Notes: generated by a model from the letters alone, not told the origin. A stretch of DNA of 64,000 nt from Syntrophaceae bacterium (GCA_013388645.1 JACAEV010000100.1:24934-88933); one strand, 5' to 3'; shown: positions 1-10,751, counted from the stretch's first letter. Numbers and translations are program-made.

Positions 1-246
1 AGTAACAGGTTCCTTGTTACGCCAGATGAAAAAGAGAATCAAGCTAACCAGGGCAAGGTCACGAAGAATGGCCGAAATAGACACCAGGACGAAGCTCAGG
101 CTCCCTTGTTTAATGGCGAAAAAGGAAATGGCCATCGAGGGAACGATGAGAAAAAGAAAAACAGAGACCTCAACAAGCCGCTCCACCCAGCTTAATTGCA
201 CACTATTCTCCTTGCTAAGTTCGGTATGATTCAATTCGATGACCAT
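1..246 (-). CDS. Membrane protein, 5' part only (runs off the window); likely CPBP/CAAX family intramembrane metalloprotease
   Basis: Not in the ORF track. Manual translation from the ATG at 246 (RBS AGGGAG) gives MVIELNHTELSKENSVQLSWVERLVEVSVFLFLIVPSMAISFFAIKQGSLSFVLVSISAILRDLALVSLILFFIWRNKEPVT, open to the edge. Hydrophobic N-terminus resembles CPBP proteins; the catalytic EExxxR motif is not within the window. Confidence 0.55.
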   Translation of the reverse strand, partial: MVIELNHTELSKENSVQLSWVERLVEVSVFLFLIVPSMAISFFAIKQGSLSFVLVSISAILRDLALVSLILFFIWRNKEPVT

Positions 247-551
247 GAATGGTTCTCCTAAAGGCAATATTTTGATGATTCGTTAGATACATAATCTCAA
301 AGCGACACCCTTTCCCCAATTACAAAAAGGAATCAATACATTCAATTGCGAATCCCATGTTTGAAAATAAGTTGAGGAAGTTTTTCCTATCGGTTCATTT
401 CCTTGCAGCTCTGGTGCAAGACCATTAAGAGAGAGAAAAAACCAATGATACGATCCCGATAAGAAATCCGAAACAAATCCTACCTGAACTTCGTTGTCTT
501 CCTGTGAACATGACCGTCGCTTTTTTAGGGAAATTTGAGTTGTTTCCCTTC

Positions 552-896
552 CTATTTCATTTCAAGCTCATCCATTCTTTTCTGCATCTGGACCATTCTG
601 TCTTGCATCATCTTCATCTCTTTATCTGAGGCTGTACCCTTCTCCATCATTTTGGATATATCCATTAGCTGCATTGACATGTCCTTCATTATTTCAAACA
701 TCGCTTCCCTTACGTCCGGAGGAGGCATCACTTTCCTCATCATACCTGGCATCCTTGCCATTATTCCTGACATTTGATTCATCACCTCCCTCACTTTGTC
801 CATCATCTCTTTCTGATCCATCATCTCACCTTTTCCGGCATAGCTGTAGGAAGTTAACAATCCTAAAATTAGACCGATTAAGAATAACTTTCTCAT
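552..896 (-). CDS. Exported methionine-rich helical protein (possible Cu/Ag-binding)
   Basis: Start moved to the ATG at 896 (RBS AGGGGAGG). Signal peptide MRKLFLIGLILGLLTSYSYA; about 25 Met in about 94 mature residues. Confidence 0.7.
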   Translation of the reverse strand: MRKLFLIGLILGLLTSYSYAGKGEMMDQKEMMDKVREVMNQMSGIMARMPGMMRKVMPPPDVREAMFEIMKDMSMQLMDISKMMEKGTASDKEMKMMQDRMVQMQKRMDELEMK

Positions 897-1104
897 CTTT
901 GTCCTCCCCTTCTGTTTAAACGGATACATGAAATTCTTGTCGATGAAACTCACCCTATCCCTACTTCTGGAGAGCCCGTACGGTTACCTGTTACCATGAC
1001 TATTCAGCGTCTCCTCCTGATTCCGACCCCCTCCGGTTTCACGATAAGGCCTTCCCGTTATTGAAAATGGAAAGAATCACTCTTCTTTAAATCCCTAAAG
1101 GGGT

Positions 1105-3975
1105 CTATTTTCTTTTTTTTTCTCCCTGCGGTGCACGCACCCTCTTCTTCCCAATCGCCTGTTCAAGGATCTGGGATAAGGCGTCCAGTCCCCGGAGGAC
1201 ATCCTTGCCCAGGTGGACCCTCATGACGCGCCGACCATGGTCCTGCAGCGCTTTCAGATCACCCAATGCCTGAGCCCTTTTGAAAATCCCAAAGGTATAA
1301 GACGTTCCAGGAACCGGGGTATCTTCAGAATCATCAGCGGTGAGTTGTAGAAAGAGTCCTGTATTGGGACCCCCCTTATGGAATTGGCCTGTGGAATGGA
1401 GGAAGCGTGGGCCGTAACCGAGCGTGGTGGCCAGATGGAATGCATCGCGGAGGCGAATCCTAATGCTCTGAAGCCGCTGATGGATCTCCGGATTTTCTGA
1501 CAAATACGCCTGGAACGCAATATAATAACCAGGTTGGGCTTTGGCGAAAAAAGTTTTGAGATATTCTGCAGGGTTCTTTCTCTTTCCCCCGCCGTAAAAT
1601 TGCAAGGGGTCTTCCCTCAAGTCAGGATCCGGTTCGAAGAGTCTTCCCGTTCGGTCCATTTCTTTGAGCAGATGGTCGGTATTGTCCTTGCTCTCCTGGA
1701 CGTTGGGTTGATCGAAAGGATTGATGCCGAGGATTGCCCCTGCTGTGGCCGTCGCAACCTCCCATCGAAAGAATTCCTGGCCAATGTCTAATAAATCATC
1801 CATCTGGATGGTGACGACCGGATGGCCCGCTCCTTTTAAGTCGGCAATCCCATTCTCAAAGGCTCGGTCAGTCTCCCCCTGCAATCGAAGGTAGGCAAAC
1901 AGCCGGTCTTTTCCGTAAACGGAAGGAGGGCCAACGGATTCGCCGGCCACAGGCAGAAGGTCCTTCTCCTCCTTGCCCGTACTTTCAGCGAGAAGCTGTT
2001 CCAGCCACATGCCAAAGGTGGAGATAGTTTCCGGCATCAGGAAAGTGACCTTGTCCCGTTGATGTTTTGCCAGCTCTCCCATGCCGACACCGAGAACAAC
2101 GCCTGGATTCTCCTGACTGGGAACGCACGAATCACAGGCATGTTTCATCCGCAAAGCCCTGATGAGAAGCTCAGAAATATCCACGCCCGTCAGAGCAGCA
2201 GGCACAAGACCAAAATAGGAGAGAGCTGAATATCTTCCGCCGATATCGACGAAATTAAGGAAGGTCCGTCGGAAGGAGCGATCTCTGGCTATCTGAACCA
2301 GAGGGGTGCCGGGGTCCGTGATGGCCACGAAATTTTTCCCGGCCTGTTCTCCCTTCAGAGCTTTCACTTTGCTGTAAAAGTATTCGCCAAACGCCAAGGG
2401 CTCCGCTGTGGTACCAGACTTGCTGGCCACGATAAAAAGGGTCTCGGTCAGTGAAGATTCTCGTTCGATCCTCAAGATCGTTTGGGGGTCTGTGGTATCC
2501 AGAACAACCAGGGGGATGCCATGTTCACCGGTTGGGAAGATCCGCTCGAAGGCCAAAGGGGCAAGACTGCTCCCGCCCATGCCCATATGGACCACCTTTC
2601 GGAAGCCAGCCGCCCGAATTTCTGAGACGAAGTCAGAAAGCGCACCTAAATGCTCCTCCATTTTTTCGGCCACATGAAGCCAGCCTAACCCCTGACGGAT
2701 TGTCTTCTGGTTCCCAGCATCTGTTTTCCACAAGTTGGGATCCTTACGCCAGAGACGGACACTGAAGTTACTCTCCTGCAAACGGTTCAGACCCTTCTGA
2801 ACCGCCGCTTTATACTTAGGAGTATCTAACGCTTGCCGATCCACTGCCTCTTTGAGCGCTGCAGCACGCTTTGTTTTCAACGTCTCCATCAAACTGTCGT
2901 ACGGTTTGTTGAACTTCTCCACTCCCTCATCTTCCAATTGTTGCGTCACCTGATTGATGTCGATACCCACCTCTGCCAGTTGACGGAGGACTTGGTGAGC
3001 CTCTTCCAGTCCTTCTTCCAGGCGGAGGCCCGGATCTCCATGGTCCCGATAGGCATTGAGTGTTTCCTGAGGTAAGGTGTTGACCGTTTCCGGACCGATC
3101 GAATCCTCCACATACTTCACATCAGAATAGTTTGGATTCTTGGTGCTCGTACTGGCCCACAACACGCGCTGAGGCTTTGCCCCTCGGCCGACCAATTTGG
3201 AAAATCGCTCGCTACTGAAGATCTCCTTGTAGATTTGGTAGGCGATTTTTGCGCTGGCGATGGCCACCTTGCCAAGTAGGTTAGCACCTTTCTCAGCCCT
3301 GGCCTCCCCGTCTTTCATCCGTCTTTCCAGTATGGTGTCCACGAGAACGTCGATGCGACTGAGAAAGAAGCTGGCCACCGAGGCTAATGGGTTAACAGGA
3401 TCCCCTCTGGTCGTACGCTCTTCAAGCCCACCGATATAAGCTTCTGCAACTTCCCGATAACGGGGCAATCCAAAGAGAAGTGTGACGTTCACATTGATCC
3501 CCTCGCTGATGAGTTGTCTTATGGCTGGCAATCCCTCTCGCGTGGCAGGGACCTTAATCATGACGTTCGGTCGACTGATAGATGACCACAACCGCCGGGC
3601 TTCCGAAATCGTTCCTTCTGTGTCATGGGCAAGATGGGGATTGACCTCGAGGCTCACAAATCCGTCTCTTCCGTTCAACCGATGATAAATGGGTCGAAAG
3701 AGGTCGGCAGCCTGTTGAACGTCTTCCACCGTGAGGGCCTGGTAGATCTCATCAATGCTCTTGCCCTCAAGAGCTAAGGTGCGGATGGCCTCATCGTAAT
3801 CATGGCTGCCTGCGATGGCCTTCTCAAAGATCGATGGATTCGAGGTGACTCCCCGAAGTCCATCCTCCTCGATAAGTTGCTTGAGTTCTCCAGAGGTCAT
3901 CATATGCCGGCGGATGTAGTCCATCCATAGGCTTTGGCCAAAAGCTTGGAGTTTGAGTAAAGGATTCTCTCTCAC
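1105..3975 (-). CDS. tal-pgi: Bifunctional transaldolase / phosphoglucose isomerase
   Basis: N-terminal transaldolase motifs GVTSNPSIF, VSLEV, IKVPAT, ASFFLSRID; C-terminal PGI/SIS motifs GMGGSSL, SKSGTT, GGRYS, QLLAESTGK, FDQPNV. Confidence 0.95.
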   Translation of the reverse strand: MRENPLLKLQAFGQSLWMDYIRRHMMTSGELKQLIEEDGLRGVTSNPSIFEKAIAGSHDYDEAIRTLALEGKSIDEIYQALTVEDVQQAADLFRPIYHRLNGRDGFVSLEVNPHLAHDTEGTISEARRLWSSISRPNVMIKVPATREGLPAIRQLISEGINVNVTLLFGLPRYREVAEAYIGGLEERTTRGDPVNPLASVASFFLSRIDVLVDTILERRMKDGEARAEKGANLLGKVAIASAKIAYQIYKEIFSSERFSKLVGRGAKPQRVLWASTSTKNPNYSDVKYVEDSIGPETVNTLPQETLNAYRDHGDPGLRLEEGLEEAHQVLRQLAEVGIDINQVTQQLEDEGVEKFNKPYDSLMETLKTKRAAALKEAVDRQALDTPKYKAAVQKGLNRLQESNFSVRLWRKDPNLWKTDAGNQKTIRQGLGWLHVAEKMEEHLGALSDFVSEIRAAGFRKVVHMGMGGSSLAPLAFERIFPTGEHGIPLVVLDTTDPQTILRIERESSLTETLFIVASKSGTTAEPLAFGEYFYSKVKALKGEQAGKNFVAITDPGTPLVQIARDRSFRRTFLNFVDIGGRYSALSYFGLVPAALTGVDISELLIRALRMKHACDSCVPSQENPGVVLGVGMGELAKHQRDKVTFLMPETISTFGMWLEQLLAESTGKEEKDLLPVAGESVGPPSVYGKDRLFAYLRLQGETDRAFENGIADLKGAGHPVVTIQMDDLLDIGQEFFRWEVATATAGAILGINPFDQPNVQESKDNTDHLLKEMDRTGRLFEPDPDLREDPLQFYGGGKRKNPAEYLKTFFAKAQPGYYIAFQAYLSENPEIHQRLQSIRIRLRDAFHLATTLGYGPRFLHSTGQFHKGGPNTGLFLQLTADDSEDTPVPGTSYTFGIFKRAQALGDLKALQDHGRRVMRVHLGKDVLRGLDALSQILEQAIGKKRVRAPQGEKKRK

Positions 3976-3977
3976 GG

Positions 3978-4436
3978 CTATTTCTCCCTTGTTTTCTTTT
4001 CGATGGCAGCCACCTTTTCCAGGCGGCGCCGGAAACGTTCTTCCCCTCTGAAGCAGGCTTTCAAAAATGTCTGGACGAGGTCCCAGGCCAGCGCGTGGCC
4101 TGTTACACGCCCGCCCAGGCAGATGACATTCATACCATCATCTTCCACCCCTTGATGGGCGGAATAAACATCGGTAATTAATGCCGCTCGTACTCCAGGA
4201 ATCTTGTTGGCAACCACGGATGCCCCCACACCACTGCCACAGAGGGCCACGCCTCGCTCAACCTCTCCCTGTGCGACGGCCTTGGCCAGAGGGACGACCA
4301 CGTCGGGATAATCATCTTCCAGGACGAGGCTGTGTGTGCCAAAGTCGACCACCTCGCAATCGGAGGCGAGGGCCTCTGCCAGTTTCTTCTTCAATTCGAA
4401 TCCTCCATGGTCTGCAGCGATTCCGACGCGCATCAT
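3978..4436 (-). CDS. rpiB: Ribose-5-phosphate isomerase B (RpiB/LacA/LacB family)
   Basis: [25 protein letters not shown] and NVICLGGR motifs. Confidence 0.93.
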   Translation of the reverse strand: MMRVGIAADHGGFELKKKLAEALASDCEVVDFGTHSLVLEDDYPDVVVPLAKAVAQGEVERGVALCGSGVGASVVANKIPGVRAALITDVYSAHQGVEDDGMNVICLGGRVTGHALAWDLVQTFLKACFRGEERFRRRLEKVAAIEKKTREK

Positions 4437-6532
4437 TTCTTTCTTTTTCTCCTTTTTTGTTGCCGCGAAAACAAACCGAGAGCCTGTTGAAGAATATTTT
4501 CAACGGTGAACCCAAATTCACGCATCAATACCGAGGCGGATGCTGAAGCACCAAAGCGATCCAATCCAATGACATCACCTTGGTCCCCGACGTAGCGATG
4601 CCAACCCTGTGGCACGCCTGCTTCCACTGCAAGACGAAGCCGAACCGATGGCAGCAACACCGAGTCACGATACTCTTGTGACTGAGCCTCGAACAACTCC
4701 CAACTCGGCATAGAGACGACCCGCGCATCAATCATTTGTTCCTTCAACTTTTCCTGGACCTCAATCAATAGATGGATTTCCGATCCACTGGCAATCAAAA
4801 TCATATCAGGTTTGCCCTTGGGCTCTACCAGAATGTAAGCCCCACAGCGTAACCCTTCGACAGAGGAATTCCGAGTGTAGGCTAGGGTCGGAACACTCTG
4901 TCTTGTCAATATGAGCGCGACAGGTCGCTCCCGTATTTCTAAAGCAACCCGCCAGGCCACAGCCACCTCGTTCGCATCGCACGGACGAATGACAATAAGA
5001 TGCGGAATGGCCCTTAATGCAACGAGGTGCTCGACCGGTTGATGGGTCGGGCCATCTTCTCCCAGTCCAATGCTGTCGTGGGTAAAAACATAAATGACAT
5101 GCTGCTTCATCAGGGCAGCAAGGCGGATCGATGGTCGCATGTAATCCGAGAAGATGAGAAATGTTGCACCAAAGGGAATCAACCCTCCGTGGACCGCTAT
5201 TCCGTTCAGAATGGTCCCCATCGCATGTTCGCGGACGCCAAAATGGATATTACGACCTGCGTAGCTCCAGCCTCCCCCAACCGCGCCCTGCATATCCTCC
5301 TGTAGCGTAAGGGGACTTTCAAAATCCCCCATCCCGTTAAGTGCCGTATGAGTCGAAGGGTTCAAATCCCCCGATCCCCCGATCAGCATCGGGATACTGG
5401 ACGCTACAGCGTTCAGAACCTTTTCAGAAACGACGCGGGTAGCCATTCCTTTTCCTTCCGCAGGAAATTTAGGAATGTCTTTATCCCATCCCCTGGGTAA
5501 GTCACCGTTCATCATCCGATGGAGCTCTTCAGCGAGGTCAGGAAATTCCTTTTCGTACATAGAAAATTTCATATTCCACTCTTCTTCGGCCTGTTGACCT
5601 CTCGGCAGGGCCTGCCGAAAATGTCTGAGCGCTTCGCTTGGGATGTAGAAGGGTGGCTCAAGGGGCCACCCCAGATTCTGTTTGGTTAGTTTCACTTCTT
5701 CTTCGCCGAGGGGCGAGCCATGGGCTTGGAACGTATCTTGTTTGTTCGGTGATCCATATCCGATGTGGGTGCGCACCGAGATCAAAGAGGGACGCTCAAC
5801 CTCTTGTTGTGCGGCAAGTATTGCCCGATCGATAGCCTCCAGGTCATTTCCATTGTCAATGGACTGGACATCCCAGCCATAAGCTTCAAACCGCTTTCCA
5901 CAATCTTCCGTGAAGGTGAGATGGGTTGCCCCGGCCAACGAAATAGAATTGTTATCGTAAAAATAAATGAGCTTGCCAAGTCTCAGATGGCCCGCGAGAG
6001 AGGCCGCTTCCGAGGCAACACCCTCCATCAAATCGCCATCACTGACAATGGCATAGGTATAGTGATCAATGATTTCAAAACCGGGGCGGTTAAAGCAAGC
6101 CGCCAGATGTCTTTCTGCGATCGCGAGACCTACACCGTTGCCAAATCCCTGACCCAGTGGGCCGGTGGTCACTTCAATTCCGGGGGCAAGTCCTCGTTCA
6201 GGATGGCCGGGGGTCATACTGCCCCACTGCCGAAACTGTTTGATCTGTTCGAGAGGAAGAGCGTAGCCTGTGAGATGGAGTAGGCTATAGAGCAACATCG
6301 ATCCGTGTCCTGCGGAGAGAACAAATCTGTCGCGATCGAACCAATTTGGATTGGAAGGGTTGTATTTCAAAAATCGCGTCCACAAGATGTAGGCCATGGG
6401 AGCTGCACCCATCGGCATCCCTGGATGACCTGAACTGGCTTTTTCAACCGCATCAATCGATAGGAAACGAATCGTATTGATACAAAGAAGATCCAATTCA
6501 GATGAAGCAGAATTTGAATATTCCCTATTCAC
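4433..6532 (-). CDS. tkt: Transketolase
   Basis: [26 protein letters not shown] motif [28 protein letters not shown]. Confidence 0.97.
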   Translation of the reverse strand: MNREYSNSASSELDLLCINTIRFLSIDAVEKASSGHPGMPMGAAPMAYILWTRFLKYNPSNPNWFDRDRFVLSAGHGSMLLYSLLHLTGYALPLEQIKQFRQWGSMTPGHPERGLAPGIEVTTGPLGQGFGNGVGLAIAERHLAACFNRPGFEIIDHYTYAIVSDGDLMEGVASEAASLAGHLRLGKLIYFYDNNSISLAGATHLTFTEDCGKRFEAYGWDVQSIDNGNDLEAIDRAILAAQQEVERPSLISVRTHIGYGSPNKQDTFQAHGSPLGEEEVKLTKQNLGWPLEPPFYIPSEALRHFRQALPRGQQAEEEWNMKFSMYEKEFPDLAEELHRMMNGDLPRGWDKDIPKFPAEGKGMATRVVSEKVLNAVASSIPMLIGGSGDLNPSTHTALNGMGDFESPLTLQEDMQGAVGGGWSYAGRNIHFGVREHAMGTILNGIAVHGGLIPFGATFLIFSDYMRPSIRLAALMKQHVIYVFTHDSIGLGEDGPTHQPVEHLVALRAIPHLIVIRPCDANEVAVAWRVALEIRERPVALILTRQSVPTLAYTRNSSVEGLRCGAYILVEPKGKPDMILIASGSEIHLLIEVQEKLKEQMIDARVVSMPSWELFEAQSQEYRDSVLLPSVRLRLAVEAGVPQGWHRYVGDQGDVIGLDRFGASASASVLMREFGFTVENILQQALGLFSRQQKRRKRKK

Positions 6533-6569
6533 GACTAACCTCCCTCATTCCCAAATCAACGCATCACCG

Positions 6570-7310
6570 TTATATGGAGAGTTGGCCACTGGCTTCCCGG
6601 TCTATCACAAAGATCAATTTCCCTTTATCGGGGTGAACCATCGATGCTGGTAAAGAGGTATCTTCTTGATCTATTATTTTTTGTAACGCAGGCGCCTTAT
6701 TCTTTCCAACCACCAGAAATAAGATGTGTTTCGCATTGTTGATAACGGGCAATGTCAAAGTGATCCGCGGGTGTCTCATTTCATCCATGGAAACGGATGC
6801 GGCAAGGTGGATGGAGTCATCTAAAACAGGAGTCCCTGGAAAGAGAGATGCTGTATGACCGTCTTCACCGATCCCAAGGAGTAAGAGGTCAAACTCAGGG
6901 AACTGATCTTTCGATAATCCGAAGAATTTTTTCAGTTCCTCTTCGTATGCCATTGCTGAAATTTGCGGCGTTGGTCTGTCGGTCGGAACGGGATGGATGT
7001 TCCCTTGGGGGATAGGGACATGGTCGAGAAGCGTTTCCTTTAACATCCGATAATTGCTATCTCTGTGTTCAAGGGAGACAAACCGTTCATCTACAAGGAA
7101 GATATGTGTCTTATCCCACGGTAACATTTTTTTCACACCGGAAAATTTATGGTAAAGATCGATCGGGGTTTTTCCTCCCGAGAGGGCAGCACTAAAGACC
7201 CCCTTTCTTTCTATCGCCTCTTGTGAAGTCTCTCTCCAGTTTTCGATGATGAAAGAAGAAATGTCATCTTTGGCATCAAAGACGCGCACGCTCCGTCGAC
7301 GAACTTTCAT
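6570..7310 (-). CDS. pgl: 6-phosphogluconolactonase
   Basis: LSGGKTP, VDERFV, SNY, LGIGEDGHTASLFP, RITLT. The likely ATG at 7310 overlaps the zwf stop (ATGA). Confidence 0.93.
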   Translation of the reverse strand: MKVRRRSVRVFDAKDDISSFIIENWRETSQEAIERKGVFSAALSGGKTPIDLYHKFSGVKKMLPWDKTHIFLVDERFVSLEHRDSNYRMLKETLLDHVPIPQGNIHPVPTDRPTPQISAMAYEEELKKFFGLSKDQFPEFDLLLLGIGEDGHTASLFPGTPVLDDSIHLAASVSMDEMRHPRITLTLPVINNAKHILFLVVGKNKAPALQKIIDQEDTSLPASMVHPDKGKLIFVIDREASGQLSI

Positions 7311-8806
7311 GTCGTGATCCAATGGCGGCCATCCCGTTCGAGCAATTGCTTGGCTTCCTCCGGTCCCCATGTCCCTGCCTCATAGTTTGGAAAGTGATCA
7401 GGGACAATGCTTTCCCACACTTCCAGGATAGGGACTAATATGGACCATGCAGCTTCTACTTGGTCATCACGCATAAAAAGCGTTGCATCCCCCAACATTG
7501 CATCCAATAATAGAGTTTCATAAGCTTCATGAATTGGTTTCCTAAAAGCTTCTCGATAGGTAAAACGCATATCGGCTGGACGGACTAACATTATTAAACC
7601 AGGCTGCTTAATCTGAAAGCGAAGATTAATGCCTTCCTCGGGTTGGATATGTATTACAATACGATTCGCTTGCCAGTCTTTTACAGAGGTAGATGGAAAA
7701 GACTGGTGAGGCACAGGTCGAAACTGAATAGAAACTTCTGAAACCTTGGCAGGTAGCCGCTTACCAGTTCGAAGATAGAAGGGTACATCCTGCCATCGCC
7801 AGTTATCAACAAGGAGTTTGAGAGCAACAAAGGTCTCGGTAATGGAATCCGGATCTACCCCAGTCTCCTCACGATAGCCAAGTACACGCAGTCCTTGAAG
7901 GCAGCCTGCTCCGTATTGGCCTCGAACAGTGAATCGATGGACTTGATCTTTAGGAATGGGTCGGATGGCATGCAGGACATCCACTTTCTTGTTACGTATT
8001 TCGTTGTCATTAAAAGATACTGGGGGTTCCATGGCGATGAGGCATAGGATCTGCAGCAGATGATTCTGTATCATATCGCGCAGGGCACCAGATTGGTCAT
8101 AATAGCCTCCCCGATGTTCCACTCCCACCTCTTCCGCTACGGTGATTTGAATATGGTCAATATAGCGTCGGTCCCAGATAGGCTCAAACAAAGCATTTGC
8201 AAATCTGAAAGCAAGAATATTTTGCACTGTTTCCTTCCCAAGATAGTGATCAATTCGGTAAATCTGGGATTCCTGAAAGAGGCTACTAAGAATCTGATTT
8301 AGGCCATGGGCCGACACTAAATCCCGACCAAAAGGTTTTTCTATAATAATGCGAGTTCGTTGGGGATCGTGAGATAGCCCGGCTTTCCCAAGATTTTTGG
8401 CAATTGCTTCAAACCCTTCGGGAGGCGTGGCTAAGTAAAAAGTGTGATTTGCATAAGTATGCCACGTTTTATCAAGCTTTGAAAGGTGATTGACCAGAGC
8501 GGTATATGCAGCAGAGTCATCATAATGGCCTGAAATGTAGCTGAAGTGGGAGGCAAAATCATGCCAATCCCGATCATTGGTTTTGCCACGGAGCGAAAAC
8601 CTATCTACTTTTTTGCGCAGGTGCTGTCGGAATGAAGTTTCGGTGAAATGTGTTCGGGCAAAACCGATAACCGCAAAGCATTCTGACAACCACTTATCGA
8701 CGAAAAGATTATAAAGTGCTGGTACTATTTTTCGCTCCGTAAGGTCACCTGAGGCACCAAAAATAACAATCACCATGGGTTTAAGATGCGATGGTAGAGT
8801 CATCAT
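7307..8806 (-). CDS. zwf: Glucose-6-phosphate 1-dehydrogenase
   Basis: GASGDL, EKPFG, RIDHYLGKETVQN, RDMIQNH, PFYLRTGK. Confidence 0.97.
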   Translation of the reverse strand: MMTLPSHLKPMVIVIFGASGDLTERKIVPALYNLFVDKWLSECFAVIGFARTHFTETSFRQHLRKKVDRFSLRGKTNDRDWHDFASHFSYISGHYDDSAAYTALVNHLSKLDKTWHTYANHTFYLATPPEGFEAIAKNLGKAGLSHDPQRTRIIIEKPFGRDLVSAHGLNQILSSLFQESQIYRIDHYLGKETVQNILAFRFANALFEPIWDRRYIDHIQITVAEEVGVEHRGGYYDQSGALRDMIQNHLLQILCLIAMEPPVSFNDNEIRNKKVDVLHAIRPIPKDQVHRFTVRGQYGAGCLQGLRVLGYREETGVDPDSITETFVALKLLVDNWRWQDVPFYLRTGKRLPAKVSEVSIQFRPVPHQSFPSTSVKDWQANRIVIHIQPEEGINLRFQIKQPGLIMLVRPADMRFTYREAFRKPIHEAYETLLLDAMLGDATLFMRDDQVEAAWSILVPILEVWESIVPDHFPNYEAGTWGPEEAKQLLERDGRHWITT

Positions 8807-8815
8807 ATTCCTCTT

Positions 8816-10231
8816 TCAAACTCGACCCCATTCCGTATGGAAACCCTCTCCTTTATCTATTCTCTCATAAGTATGTGCACCAAAGTAGTCACGCTGGGCC
8901 TGGGTCAGGTTGGCAGGCAACCAGGCGCTGCGATAACCGTCAAAATAGGCCAAGGTAACCATCATGGCAGGGACCGGTAGACCCAGTTCGATCGCAGTGA
9001 TGACAACGCGGCGCAGGTTTGCTTGCCGCTCCATTACTTCCTGCCCTAAATGAGGATCCAGGAGCAGGTTGACGAGGTCCCTCCGATTTTCGTATGCCCT
9101 TTGAATGTTCTCCAACAATGCCGCTCGGATAATGCATCCTCCTCGCCAGATCCGAGCCACGGCTTCAAGGTTCAAGCCATAGCCATATGCCTCCGAAGCC
9201 CCCTGAAGCAGGTTCATTCCTTGGGCATAGGTTATGATCATGCAAGCGTATAAAGCACCTCGGATGTGATCGATAAACGTTTTCTTATCTCCCCGGAAGG
9301 TTGTCTTAGGTCCCTGAAGCATTTGGCTTACCGCCTCCCTTTCGGTTTTGTGAGTCGACAGATTCCGAGCGATCACGGCTGCGTCGATCGTTGGCGTTGG
9401 AATCTGAAGATCCATCGCCTCACACGATGTCCACTTGCCAGTCCCTTTCTGCTTCGCTTGGTCGACAATCATGTCAATCAATCTCTTTGCCGTCTTATCA
9501 TCCGGCTGCTGAAAAATTTTCGTCGTGATCTCTATTAAGTAGGAATTCAATTCCTTCCGATTCCACTGGCCGTAGACGGAATGCAGTTCGTCGTTCGTCA
9601 AACATAGCCTTCGTTTCATCAGGTCATAGGTCTCCGCAATCAGCTCCATGACTCCGTATTCAATCCCGTTGTGGACCATTTTGACATAGTGCCCTGCAGA
9701 TCCCGATCCCAAAAAGGCGACACAGGGTTCTCCGTTTACATTTGCCGAAACGGCTTCCAAGATCGGACGGACCCTTTCAAAGGCCTCTTTTTGCCCTCCC
9801 GGCATCATGCTGGGGCCGTGGCGGGCACCATACTCACCTCCAGAGATACCCATACCCATATAGAACAAGCCCTTTTCAGCCAACGATTTGCCTCGACGAT
9901 TCGTATCAGAAAAATGAGAGTTCCCGCCATCAATAACCAGATCGCCGACTTCAAGGAGGGGAAAGATCCCTTCGATCACATCATCCACCGGCGCCCCTGC
10001 CTCGACCATGATTAGAATGGCTCGGGGTTTTTTCAGTAAACTGATAAATTCTTGTAAAGTGTAAGCAGATCGGATTTTCCGTTCACCAGCTTCCTTTTCA
10101 ATAAATTCTCGAGTTTTTTCCGCAGTCCGGTTATAAACACCCACTGAGAAACCGTGATCTGCCATATTCAGTGCCAGATTCCTCCCCATCACCCCCAAAC
10201 CAATCAAACCTATATCACACTCATGGGTCAT
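8816..10231 (-). CDS. gnd: NADP-dependent 6-phosphogluconate dehydrogenase
   Basis: IGLGVMG, YNRT, DGGN, KMVHNGIEY, QKGTG, WRGGCII, QAQRDYFGAH. Start moved to the ATG at 10231 (RBS GGAGG). Confidence 0.96.
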   Translation of the reverse strand: MTHECDIGLIGLGVMGRNLALNMADHGFSVGVYNRTAEKTREFIEKEAGERKIRSAYTLQEFISLLKKPRAILIMVEAGAPVDDVIEGIFPLLEVGDLVIDGGNSHFSDTNRRGKSLAEKGLFYMGMGISGGEYGARHGPSMMPGGQKEAFERVRPILEAVSANVNGEPCVAFLGSGSAGHYVKMVHNGIEYGVMELIAETYDLMKRRLCLTNDELHSVYGQWNRKELNSYLIEITTKIFQQPDDKTAKRLIDMIVDQAKQKGTGKWTSCEAMDLQIPTPTIDAAVIARNLSTHKTEREAVSQMLQGPKTTFRGDKKTFIDHIRGALYACMIITYAQGMNLLQGASEAYGYGLNLEAVARIWRGGCIIRAALLENIQRAYENRRDLVNLLLDPHLGQEVMERQANLRRVVITAIELGLPVPAMMVTLAYFDGYRSAWLPANLTQAQRDYFGAHTYERIDKGEGFHTEWGRV

Positions 10232-10294
10232 GATTGCCTCCATATTCTCACAAAAGCATTGCACATTGAATTGACCAATGACTTCAACGTAACG

Positions 10295-10751
10295 TTAAGA
10301 AGTCATCATTGCGTGAGTGATCACGCCAAATAAGGGGGAAGGGAAGATGCCCAACCCTAAAATCAGAACCAAAACAACGACGCCTGCGAGGAGGGCAGAA
10401 AGGTCGATCTATCGCAGTCAAATCATCCAGGCAGAGGAACCGACGCGTGGACTCGCCCTTGAGAAACCGCAGAACGTCCTTTGCCTGTTTTTCGGCTACG
10501 TGAAAGCTAACGTATCCGCCGTTGGGGGAGTCTCCTGGATCGCATCGTCAAATTTTTCCTTCTTATCCGGTTGGGAGGATACCACATTCATAAGGCCTCT
10601 GTTTCTCCTGATTTGGTTTCTTCTCTCCCAGCCAGCTTGAAAGAAAAAGGATAACCCCTATCAGCATGAAGGCACGAATCACATAAATGCCAAGAGAAAG
10701 GAGGCCTAGTTCCCAGGGGGTCACTGTTAGGCTATTTGATTCGAATTCCAA
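10295..10751 (-). pseudogene. nuoA: Composite remnant of a deleted NADH-quinone oxidoreductase (nuo) operon: nuoA 5' half, a nuoC-like fragment and a nuoN/M-like 3' end
   Basis: 10563-10751 encodes ...LFLSSWLGEKKPNQEKQRPYECGILPTG* (NuoA YECG loop, truncated). About 10410-10505 encodes FHVAEKQAKDVLRFLKGESTRRFLCLDDLTAID (NuoC-like DLTAID). 10295-10405 encodes DLSALLAGVVVLVLILGLGIFPSPLFGVITHAMMTS* (last TM helix of an antiporter-like subunit). Confidence 0.75.

Noticed and set aside
250..511. Short minus-strand ORF (MFTGRQRSSGRICFGFLIGIVSLVFSLS)
   Set aside because: 28 codons with no clear RBS or recognisable family; possibly a decayed gene but not supportable.
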